A stretch of DNA of 32,397 nucleotides from the NCBI GenBank assembly GCA_900128395.1, contig LT649362.1, forward strand, positions 1-32,397, given 5' to 3'. A model generated the notes under the pieces. That model made no database searches and had not been told where the DNA came from. It saw nothing but the letters and a program-made list of their open reading frames with translations. Source of the DNA: Stramenopiles sp. TOSAG23-2. Lineage: Eukaryota. Made by a program: the position numbers and the translations under genes. Of this stretch, positions 9,900 through 20,164 are shown piece after piece. The number at the start of each line of letters is the position of its first letter. The first letter of the stretch is position 1.

Positions 9900-12800
9900 T
9901 TAATAACACTCAGAGTAATTGGAACCTTGTGATTGGCTTACCTCTCCCTTCTCATTGTTAATATGTGTTACATATTCGTTCAAATTTGTTGCATTATTCG
10001 TAATAATCACAACATCATTTGTTCCAGTTGTCTTCTCCGGTGGGGTTAGTTTTATACGTTTCTTAGGTCGACCTGGCGAATTTGCAGTCAAATCGATTGG
10101 TAAATCTTTCGTCAGGTCAATTTCATTCTCCATAGGTGAAGTGGATTTTCTTGTGACAGCAGATTGAAAAACAGAACCTTGAAAACCACGTTCAACACGA
10201 GGTTTCTTTTTCTTGACTACGTCAGAATTAGAAAAAACATCAGCAAGGCGTACATCTTCAGCATCAGGATCATCAAAGTCATTTAATACACGTAAAAATA
10301 AAACATCTCCCAAATGCACACTAGCTTCGCGTAATGTTGACTCATTATCTAGCTTTTGTTTTCCTTTATATAATACCAATAATCCTAAGTTTGCATCATC
10401 TATTCCCGTAAATTGCTCAAGTAATTTCATTTTCAGTAAAGAAACTTTATCAGTACTTGATGTGACGATAGATTTGGTAGTTCCTAGTGCACTAGTACGC
10501 TTCGTTCGTCTCCTTTTGGTTGACTCTCCATTGAGTTGCGCATTTTTTGCTGCAATAACATCATCAATAACGGCATCTTTTTTTAATTTCATGACATCAA
10601 TTGTCTTATTTTCAAATTCGACTTTCTCCTGTGCCTCCATCGACGTCTGCTGCCGTTTGCAGATCTCGCATATATTTGGCGTCCAGTTGTTACTTTTGCC
10701 AGGTAAAATGGAAAATGCTATTGGTTCTGATTTCTGAATGCTACTGCTATTTCTAACAAGATCGCTTCCATAATAAATTTTCAATTTCTCCCATTCATCA
10801 GTGGTAACAATTTCTATTGCTCTGGATACACTGCTTAAAGTAGTTTGAGGCAAATCGTCAAGATATTCATCGTAGTTTTTTTCACCTGTTGTATTGAGCC
10901 AGTTCCTTAATGTTGATGGAAGCAACGTCCCTTGAGCATTGCATGTGCAATAACATGGAAAATCTGTCATGGCTTCTGGTTCTGGATTTTTGACGTTATG
11001 GCAAAATGCTCTCCATTTCATAAGCCACTCACGACTCAGTACCCTATAGACTCCAGGATCTAATGGCAAAGCCATTAGTTGATTATCTTTACGCGCTTTA
11101 CGTTTACTTTTCAATGGATGAAATCTTTTCTTATGTCGCTGCAATAATGATTTTAAATGCTTATCTCCAGTAAACAGCGCAACGCGTTGTTGCCATTGTG
11201 TTTTTTTCGCTTTCGTTACAGATTTAACTTCCTCTGACTCGCCTTTGCATACAGGGCAGACATTTTCAAACGTAAACTTCAAATTGGATTTGATAAAATA
11301 TTTTGACACCTTCTTCCATGTCGTTTCGCTTATTTTTTGCGTTTTGGTACCATAATTATGAATTAAGTGACCATGCTCGCATTTAACACATTTATTGACT
11401 TGATCATTCTGGAAAGACTCAATAATATCTACAGGTGTTGTATCAACAGCTTCTTTTGCAGTTGATGAATATGACGACGGAATCCCGTTGATACTCATGG
11501 TTCCATTTTCTAAAGTTGTCACTGATGTTGATGTTTTTGTTGGACATGGTAAACAATTGCCAACTTCTTTAACATCTTCGTCTCCCTTTGATCCAACTTT
11601 TTGAAAATGATCTAAGATATTTTTCTTTGGTGCAAATACAAGTTTCCCAATTAAAGTATCCTTACGATAAGTTTCAAGCGTTTTAATATTGCCTTTTAAC
11701 CTTTTAATCCAATCTTTCGATAATAAGGGCACAGGAGTTTTTGACTTGGAAAGTTCAGACTTGTTCCTATCAATCGCAGATCTTAGTTCTGTCCATTCGT
11801 TTAAAAGGCTATTTTTTGCAATAAACTCTTCTCGAAATTCTTTTCGGCATGTTTCGCATTCTAAACATCTAAACATATCAATTGTTACGTTCTGACTTGC
11901 ACTAATTAATGTTTGTAGATTTGTTTTTCGTACTAATTTTAGTTTTGGAACTAACTTTGGGCTGAAAAAAATCTTTTCATCTGCACTGTGTCTACATTGA
12001 ATTGCTGAAAAATCAGGGACTTCGTCATAGATGCCTTTTGGATTTAGTAAAAGAGGTGGACCATTTCCTTCATTATTATCTTTTGTTTCCTGGTTTTGAT
12101 CATCAGCATCATCATCATCTATAAGATTTACAACTTCTTTTTCCATCACCGTACTTGTGTTACCATTAGTATTATTACTGTTACCACCTTTCTTAGCTTT
12201 TTTTGTTATAACTTCTTGTCCAACAACAAAATTTTGCAGCCACTTTCTTGGTACCCAGACAAAATCGTTGTTGATCTCGTCTTCCTTTTCACCTGGTTGA
12301 ACATATGGTGGTGCTTGTTCATCTACTTCTGGGTTTTTGAAAGCCTTGTTGTATGATTCAATTCTGGCATCTATTTCCGCACTTAATTTCTCTTTTTCAT
12401 CGATATAGCGATTAAGCTTCTTGTCAAATTCATCATTCGCTTTTTCAACTGATTGTAGAAACATTGCTTTCTCCTTTTTATTATCACCTGTACCATTGTT
12501 ATAACCATTTGAAGTAATAATTTCTTCTCGTTGACGATAAACAAGCATGTAAGCGTTTTGAGATGGATTCCCAAAATATGTTGCATTTTTTAAAAAAGCC
12601 CTATTTCTCTCATCCAGCTCATTGTCTTTTGTTTTGGATTTATGATCATCATTATCATTCACATCAATTACTATCGGTTTGTCATCTGCTTTGGAATTTG
12701 TTGTGGTCGTTGTGGTAGATGGAGCTTTAGATTTTGCCTTGTTGTCTTTTTTCTTGCCTTTTTTTGCTTTCTCAAATATTTTTTTCTCTGCTAGTTGATC

Positions 12801-13591
12801 ATTACAATTCCACCACTTTCCATCCATTGCCCTGATATCCGCGACGTAATGTCCACTATCAGCGGATGATCCACGATGATATAAAACAGCAACTAAATCA
12901 TATATTATGTCTGGCGCGCTATTGCTTTTTCCACTAGACGAAGAACCATTTGTCTTGCTGTCAAACAAATCACTGCCTAAAAAATCGCTCGACTTCAACA
13001 TTAATGGAATCTTAATTGCACTTTTTACTTTTTTCTTTCGAAAGGTCGTCATATCGAAAACAAACCTCATCAATTGCAAATTGATAACTTTTGGTAAGTT
13101 ACAAACTTCTGTGTATCTTTCAGCATCGCATTTTTGATTACAATTCATGTCACAATAATATTTATTGTCGCCATTTAATTCTTCGTGGTTGAAATATGCT
13201 TGTAATGATTCCTTGACTGTTTTACAACTTTCGATTTGCAATTCCAATTCGTAAAATGGCGCTTTTCGCCTAGATACACGATTGCATTTAAGACATTTTG
13301 TACAATAACATAGCTCGCCACCATATCTATTTTGTATAAACATATTTAAGCTTGGTTTCGAGGCATGAAGAAAAATTTGTTCAAGCATCGTCAAAAGCAG
13401 TTTATTAAATTCAATTCCATCTTGTTGTATACCAGTGCTTAAATTCAATTTAGAGACAAAATCACGTGGATTGAAAGACAATGTCTTCCCATATTCCATG
13501 TGTGCAAAAGTTGTTTGCATTGATTGAATGATTTCTTGCTGGAGTGATGTAAGGCTGTTTTCTTCGCTGAGATCGTTTATAAACCCATTAC

Positions 13592-13624
<33 letters not shown>

Positions 13625-14180
13625 CATTATTACTAATATTGAAACTACCAATTCTTGGTTTCCATGAATATAAAGCATCTCGAAAGACTTTATCAAAAAA
13701 AAGAACTTGTAATAAACTATTAACATAACAAGTTGCTCCAAGGTTAACAAGACCGCATGGCGTCCCCGATTCCATATCTCGCTTATCATTTTCTGGATTG
13801 CGCCCTAATGATGAGTTAAAGAACGTATACCTTGAACCCCATATACCTACTTTCGTATTAACAAAACCATATAAACAGTTAGGATTATCTTCACAATTTT
13901 TCTTTTTCTTACTATGAATTTCTGGATGACAATACTCAGTTAATTTCCTATATGGATCAGATATTAATTTCCTTTCAGCTTCTTCCAGATCATTTTTTTT
14001 TTTCACATTCTTATTGTCTTCATTCTTATTTTTATTTGTAGTCGTCTTTTTATTATTGTTTTTTTTCTGTCTTTTTGACAATGATGATTGTGCATTATTA
14101 TTAGTAGTAATAGTAGTAGTAAGAGTTGTTTGTCTTGTCTTGCCATTATTCCTCGTCTTGATTTTTCTTAATTGATGCAT
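9900..14180 (-). CDS. USP48: Ubiquitin carboxyl-terminal hydrolase, USP48/UBP26-like (USP + DUSP-like + C-terminal Ubl)
   Basis: N-terminal CEDNPNCLYG, Cys box GLVNLGATCYVNS, QQDG.EF, His box HRGSSADSGHY...NCND, NAYMLVY, DUSP-like WL..W motifs, and a Ubl region followed by ERGFQGS. Start placed at MHQLRK (ATG 14180); the upstream track extension is microsatellite. Confidence 0.88.
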
Positions 14181-14693
14181 TTTCTTTTTGATGTATGTGT
14201 ATACATATATATATATATATGTGTGTATGTATGTATGTATGTTTGTGTACATGATGAATATGTAGTGGTTGTACATGAATGATGTTATTATGTGTTTGAA
14301 TATATACTGAAAAATAATTTCAATTTTAAAATTGATGTGATGATGAGACGAGGAGTAGTATGCTGGTATGATTATTTTTGTGATGTGTTGTTTAAGTTTG
14401 TTGCTTGCAGGTAGTTTTTAAGGGTTTTTGGTTACAAGCATAATATGCAGTGTTATCCTTGTACTAGTATAAATAAATGCAAAAATTTTATACAACAATA
14501 TATAAATATCCGATTATACCTGTGGTGCCCGAGGCACCTGTATCTGATTTTTCCAAAATATAATACATGGCACTATTAATAGCCTGTTCCTGCAAAAACC
14601 TTCTTCTCTCCATCATTTTTTTTTTTTAATACTGCTTGCTACTCTGTAAAAATTATTTCGTCTCAAAAAAATTTACCTTCATCGTCTTCATAC

Positions 14694-15461
14694 TTAATAA
14701 TCCTCAGCTGCACCAGGTGCTAAGATTTGTACATTGGTTGTTTTACCAGTTTCAGTATCAACATCATCTGCGTCATCTTCTTCTGGTTCTTTACCATTGA
14801 CCAATTCAACTGGTTTTCCTGCAAGAAGTAAATCAATTTGTTTTTCAAGTTGATTTAAACATGTACCACCACGTGAAAATTGTTCACGCCATTGGATTAC
14901 ACCTTCAGCATTAACAACGTAGCACATACCGACAGCTAAACTCATCAATTGGGATAATGTACGGAAACTTTCACCAACTTTGGTTTCTGGGTCGAATGCA
15001 AGTGGGAATTCGGCATTAAGTGTGATACCACGCTCGCCTAATTCGCGCATGAAAGTACCCAAACGGCCAACGAATTTATCAACGTCAGCTTCTTTACGGT
15101 CACGGGATACACCAACAAATTGTACACCTTTTTCAGCATATTTACGTTGTAAATGGGACCATGAATTTAAAGTTGCATAATCACCTTTAGCAAATTTTGC
15201 CCAGAAGCCAACTACTGTAATTGGTTTGTCGCCATAGTTATATTTATCACCTTTTTTCCATACAAGGTTTTCCAATGATGGCGCTTTTGCGCCGAAACTT
15301 GCATCATCATCCCATACAACATAACTGTTTTTATCTAAACGGGAAGCACCGAAGTTGGATGCTTTGTAAATTTTTTCATCGTCCTCAGCTAGCTTTTTCT
15401 TTTTCATTGCTGCTCTTTCTTCTGCCGTTGGTACGGTTTCTTCAGTTACTACAGATGCCAT
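14694..15461 (-). CDS. Thioredoxin-fold protein, TlpA/redoxin-like, lacking the CxxC motif
   Basis: APSLENL.W.KG, KPITVVGFWAKFAKGD, LQRKYAEKGVQFVGVS.D, FPLAFD and YVVNAEGVIQW follow the TlpA/AhpC-TSA pattern. Confidence 0.8.
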   Translation of the reverse strand: MASVVTEETVPTAEERAAMKKKKLAEDDEKIYKASNFGASRLDKNSYVVWDDDASFGAKAPSLENLVWKKGDKYNYGDKPITVVGFWAKFAKGDYATLNSWSHLQRKYAEKGVQFVGVSRDRKEADVDKFVGRLGTFMRELGERGITLNAEFPLAFDPETKVGESFRTLSQLMSLAVGMCYVVNAEGVIQWREQFSRGGTCLNQLEKQIDLLLAGKPVELVNGKEPEEDDADDVDTETGKTTNVQILAPGAAEDY

Positions 15462-16114
15462 AATTAATGTTTTGTTTGTTGTATTTGTTTTTAAAATGCT
15501 ATAATTTGTTTTTTTATATTTTGTACGTATAAACTATATATATTTTTGTGTGTGTTTCTTTTGTTTCTTTCATCGTATTTTGTTGTTTTAGTTATGTGTG
15601 GTTCGCAATATATAATTGAATCTATTAAAAAAATTTATGGACGACAGGAGAGGTGCCGAGGTGCATCGCAGAGCACTTCCTGTCCATTCAGATTGGTCTC
15701 ATTTCTCTATCGATTAGTATAGTAATAAGTACAAACATTATCCTATTAAATGAGGAATACGATGTTGTGTTTATTATAAATAGTGCTATGACGATGATAA
15801 GTTGGGTAATGAGCAATTAGCACAGCGAAAATTAGGATGATTATTTAGTCCATATTGAATTATACCTTACCAGGTACCAGCTTAATCCGGCAACAAACTA
15901 AAACAGCAGTAGATTCGTTACGCACTTACAACTTACTGTACAGTATACTAGTAAGGCAACAACTGCTAAGCTGACACACATTTTATTAGATTTTAGATAG
16001 AGAACTATAATTGAGAGACAACAATAACAACAACATATACATAAACATATATATATACACAATAACTCTTGAGAAAAACAATAAAATAAGTATAATATAA
16101 TCAATCAATCAATC

Positions 16115-16789
16115 ATGTCATCGTCATTAAATAATAATATATATACATCGATCGATATAAGATTTCAAAACTATCCATCATCTTTGATTAAAAAAGCTAT
16201 TAAAAGACAAGGCTTTATTCTTGATGAATTGATGCAAAGAGAGATAAAAACGTTTTACCCAACAAAGGAAGAAATGCCATCGAATGATGCTATGATTAAT
16301 CAAGCAGCAAACATTGAAAAAATCATTCAATTAAAAGCATCTCATTATGAAAAGAGACGTTTAGAAAAAATTGATGCGGTTCTCTATGAATCAAAACTTT
16401 TATTACAAAATCCCAATCTACAACCACACAGACATTTAGCAGCAGCTGATTCGCATAAAATAATTAATGGAGGAAATAGTCCATCAATTAGTGATGCTAT
16501 TAACAGCAATAAATCATTAAATCGTCATATTTCATCCAGTTATTTAAGTGCTGGATACAGTGCTGTAACGTATTTAAAAGAGAAACGTCCGGAAGATGGA
16601 GGAGATGATAAGAAAAATTACAATGATAACAATCAAGGGATGATGGATAATGATGATGATGATGTTGAAGATTTTATCTTGCCAGAGGGTATTGAAATAC
16701 CAGATTGGTTAGATATTGATGGAGATGGAGAAATCTCTCAAGAAGAGTTTGAAGTCTTCTTCTCGCTTTTTATCATCATCACTATCTGA
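16115..16789 (+). CDS. N-terminal fragment of an unknown protein ending at a single EF-hand; probably 3'-truncated near 16750
   Basis: ATG with A at -3 after a typical leader. The EF loop DIDGDGEISQEE is followed at once by VFFSLFIIITI*, which is the antisense reading of the opposing ORF. Confidence 0.6.
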   Translation: MSSSLNNNIYTSIDIRFQNYPSSLIKKAIKRQGFILDELMQREIKTFYPTKEEMPSNDAMINQAANIEKIIQLKASHYEKRRLEKIDAVLYESKLLLQNPNLQPHRHLAAADSHKIINGGNSPSISDAINSNKSLNRHISSSYLSAGYSAVTYLKEKRPEDGGDDKKNYNDNNQGMMDNDDDDVEDFILPEGIEIPDWLDIDGDGEISQEEFEVFFSLFIIITI

Positions 16790-17170
16790 ATCGCTTAAAC
16801 GATCAAAATCATCATACAAGTATTCTGCTTCCGAGGATTCATCCGAACTTAAATCATCATCATCTTCAAATATAATTTGTACAGTATCCGAAGTGAAATT
16901 TTCACGTTTGCCAGTATTGCGATCATTATAAGATCCGCTATCCCTGTATTGATTTAGATCTCTACCTTGTGTTAACGAATAACGCTTTGAGCCTTGATAT
17001 TGCGATGCACGCTTACGAGCATTTATAGCTATAGTAGCACTCTTTTTTTTTCTATTATTATTTTTTTTTTCCCCTCCTCCTTTTCCATAGACACTTCGTT
17101 TTGTTGTTGTTTTAGATTCAAAAATAGATGATTTTCGCCTAGTTGCAAATTTACTTTTCGAAGCACTCAT
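16709..17170 (-). CDS. N-terminal fragment of an unknown basic/acidic low-complexity protein; probably 3'-truncated near 16750
   Basis: accATG start, Lys/Arg-rich then Asp/Ser-rich. The last residues LFLRDFSISINI* are the antisense of the EF-hand codons of the opposing ORF; the overlap is 81 bp. Confidence 0.55.
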   Translation of the reverse strand: MSASKSKFATRRKSSIFESKTTTKRSVYGKGGGEKKNNNRKKKSATIAINARKRASQYQGSKRYSLTQGRDLNQYRDSGSYNDRNTGKRENFTSDTVQIIFEDDDDLSSDESSEAEYLYDDFDRLSDSDSDDDKKREEDFKLFLRDFSISINI

Positions 17171-17521
17171 GGTATAATGATAGAAAAGTGTTTTTTATGT
17201 TCTGAAGAAAAGATGAAAGTTGTTTTAGTGAAAATATATATTTGACATGTGTGTGTGTGTGTTATACTGTAAATTGTTGTACTGTATATTTATTTGAGTG
17301 GAGCTATTTTATTGATGTATCCAACTGATATAGAATTATGCATCACATCTGCATAATGTGCAAATTGCAAATGCCAGAATGCAACAAATCTCAAAGAAAA
17401 ACAGAAACATCACACGGCCTCCTATATATACAAACGTTTACACTACAAGTAGGTATACTCTCGGGTTAGCACGCGGTATGGACACAGTAGATATTTTATT
17501 TATATGCAAAAAAATTATTTT

Positions 17522-19516
17522 TTATTTTTTCTTTCTCTTTATTGTTACATCACTATTCCAACCATTACCACTAACCATTTCTGGTAGATATCTTAAATCT
17601 GCCATTAAGGCAAAATGATCAGATGCAAATCTAGTATTTGGCAAATAATTATGCCATCTATTCATATTGCTAACTAAACGTGCCTCCCATGTACCTTTAA
17701 AATTTGGGTTTTCCGTTCTAATTTCCTCGCCAGTTTTTTCATCTATTGTTACAATTACTTTTCTATCATCCCAATCTTCTGGTTTTTTATCAAATGGATC
17801 ATGTATTTTCTTAGGTTGTCGTGGATCTACATCTCTTAAATCATTAGTTGCTGGTATTGTCAATACCCGAGTTGGTAATAAACTTTCATGTGAATAAAAT
17901 ATATAATCATATGTTGCACGATGTCCTTCATGTATGTATGTACAACGCGGTTCTTGACCACCACTATATTTGCCATAAGCTGATTTTAAACACATACAAT
18001 GAACACGCGATGTTTCCCTTCTACCATTTCCCGATGCATAGACTCTACGAACCGGTGAAATTCTATTATTTGCACGTCCATCATCGAACCGAGGAGTTGT
18101 ATTTGTTTCCCCCATACCACTACTTGATACCATGTCTCCAACACCATATGCGCCTGTACTATGTCCATATCCCCATCCTACATCATCATCATCACTACTA
18201 TCATATTCATCAGCCTCATGCGTATCAAACGGGCATAGTCTATTTGGATCATCGTCATCATCCTCACCACGTTTACGTCCGACAGTTTTTTGTGTTACAA
18301 CCTTTAATAAGTGTAAATTTAATGGTGGGTTTGATTTATTTATATTAGTTGATATTGGCAATGATGGATCACTATATTCCCCAACACCTACACTACTATA
18401 TGCAGCTACAATAAATTCATAGACTGTACCACTGCTTAATAAACATACAATAAATTCACGTTTGTGTTCTCCAGGCACATCGATTTCTTTCGTAAACCCA
18501 ACAGCCGTGTTTCCCCCTGCCCTACGTTTAATTTTGTATCCTTGAATAGGTGCATCTCCTTCACTAGGTGCTTCCCATTGGACTTTGATCGTAGAACGAG
18601 ACGGTTCGCAGACGATTGGTACGTATTTCATTTTACCCGGTGGTTTCGGTTTCACCGGTATTTTTCCTGTGTTCATTATACCATAGATAATTGAATCTGG
18701 TTCTACATTAAATGATCCACAAATAACCATCGGTGCTTGAAATACAGAATTAAATTTTTCACATTCATTTATAAACATTCGGGCTTGCGCATATTGTACC
18801 GCTTTCAGCGTTTTATCACTTTGCAATTGTACATTTGCAATGCCAATTGCAGTTGGATGTGGAGAATCTTCCCATGGCTGCAATCCAACTATCACAGCAA
18901 TATCATCCGTTTGTGCTCTTGCTGGATTTCCTTCCGTTAACCAATCGCCAATGTTATTAAAATGAATTTCTTGTGTTTTAAAAAGTTGAAATAAATCCCG
19001 TTTGTAAAATACTGCTAAGCCATCTTTTGCTGCACCATCTCGTTTCATAAATATACCATCGTAGCCAGCTAAACCCATTTTACCTTGCCACCATTCTCTA
19101 TAATTATCACATTCTTGCAAACATAGAATATCTGCATTGTAACTTAATACTTCTTTCATTAGTTGTACACGTCTATGTTTCCATTTCAATGCAAACGGCA
19201 AAGTATATGGAAAACGTATTTGATTTACATAACATTGTGCAAGAACATTAAATGAACAAACTCTAAATTGTGGCGCTGCTTTCTTGCTAGTTGCACCACT
19301 ACCTTTTTTACCCAATAAATTTTTAAACGAACTAACAGCTGATGCCATTGAATTATCATTTGCAAGACCCTGCATACTTTTATAACCCCATAGTCCATCG
19401 GATTTAAATTGTACCATAGTATCTCCTTTCCAATCTTTTTTTTGCCAGATTGGATTATCCTCTTCAGTTTTCTTATGTTTAGCACCTTTACGCAAAAGAG
19501 CTGCAGCGCGTGACAT
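17522..19516 (-). CDS. CCR4/nocturnin/angel-like EEP-superfamily protein with inserted FN3 domain and calreticulin P-like motifs
   Basis: EEP motifs FRVCSFNVLAQ, ADILCLQE, DGLAVFYK, VICGSFN, YDYIFY and SDHFAL. FN3 motifs IKVQWEAP..GDAPIQGYKI, LSSGTVYEFIVAAYSSVGVGEYS. Confidence 0.88.
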   Translation of the reverse strand: MSRAAALLRKGAKHKKTEEDNPIWQKKDWKGDTMVQFKSDGLWGYKSMQGLANDNSMASAVSSFKNLLGKKGSGATSKKAAPQFRVCSFNVLAQCYVNQIRFPYTLPFALKWKHRRVQLMKEVLSYNADILCLQECDNYREWWQGKMGLAGYDGIFMKRDGAAKDGLAVFYKRDLFQLFKTQEIHFNNIGDWLTEGNPARAQTDDIAVIVGLQPWEDSPHPTAIGIANVQLQSDKTLKAVQYAQARMFINECEKFNSVFQAPMVICGSFNVEPDSIIYGIMNTGKIPVKPKPPGKMKYVPIVCEPSRSTIKVQWEAPSEGDAPIQGYKIKRRAGGNTAVGFTKEIDVPGEHKREFIVCLLSSGTVYEFIVAAYSSVGVGEYSDPSLPISTNINKSNPPLNLHLLKVVTQKTVGRKRGEDDDDDPNRLCPFDTHEADEYDSSDDDDVGWGYGHSTGAYGVGDMVSSSGMGETNTTPRFDDGRANNRISPVRRVYASGNGRRETSRVHCMCLKSAYGKYSGGQEPRCTYIHEGHRATYDYIFYSHESLLPTRVLTIPATNDLRDVDPRQPKKIHDPFDKKPEDWDDRKVIVTIDEKTGEEIRTENPNFKGTWEARLVSNMNRWHNYLPNTRFASDHFALMADLRYLPEMVSGNGWNSDVTIKRKKK

Positions 19517-19548
19517 GATCTATTATTGTTGTTGCTTAATTATTGTAG

Positions 19549-19575
19549 AGAGGTGGAGGTGGAGGTGGAGGAGGA
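19549..19575 (+). repeat. (GGAGGT)n purine-rich microsatellite upstream of the EEP gene start
   Basis: agaggtggaggtggaggtggaggagga. An in-frame stop at 19520-19522 separates it from the CDS. Confidence 0.7.
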
Positions 19576-20164
19576 TGGTAATAATGGCAAAATACAGAAT
19601 ATAAGGAGTGGCAATTATGGATTATCTCTTCTATAAATATATTGTTTAATTTTCATTTTATGTACTATCTGTTGATTTATTTATTATTTACACATTATTA
19701 TTATAACGTTTTTTGATGGATAGCTGGCAAGACGACTAGACTACACCTGGTACACCTATTTATTTTTTCCACCAAACTAAAACCTCAGGAAACCCCACTA
19801 TACTACGCATATAGTATGGCATCTCTGATGTGGTTTTCCATAGTAATATCCAGCGGAGCATTTTTTTGAGGGAGAGCGTTTCATAATAATGCTATTCCCA
19901 TATAATAATTGTAAAAATAAATAATAAAATAATACTGGAATAATACCACATCACATGATGTGCTTCTTGCTACTATTACATAATTACATAATTACAGTAC
20001 ACAACACATATGGTATCTTTTCAAACAAATATACATAGAGAAAAGTAAGAAGAAGAAATCTATAAACATAATACAAAATAAAAAAAAAAGCAATTAAACA
20101 GAACTTGTGTTTATTTATACAAAAATTCAATAAGAGATAAAAGAGAAAACTACTAAAGAAAAAC

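Noticed and set aside
9919-13789. Short antisense and alternate-frame ORFs overlapping the large genes (here and throughout the window)
   Set aside because: They are shadows of real CDS and of AAT/AAC repeats, with no recognisable domains
14181-14276. N-terminal extensions in the ORF track (also 4663-4728, 25021-25065, 29045-29074)
   Set aside because: They translate microsatellite/UTR sequence (YIYIY) or begin at TTG; downstream ATGs are more plausible
15180-15206. Selenocysteine in the thioredoxin-like active site
   Set aside because: No in-frame TGA; the ORF is open and ends in TAA
19523-19580. Poly-proline N-terminal extension of the EEP gene
   Set aside because: An in-frame TAG at 19520-19522 lies upstream of the ATG, and no convincing splice sites were seen
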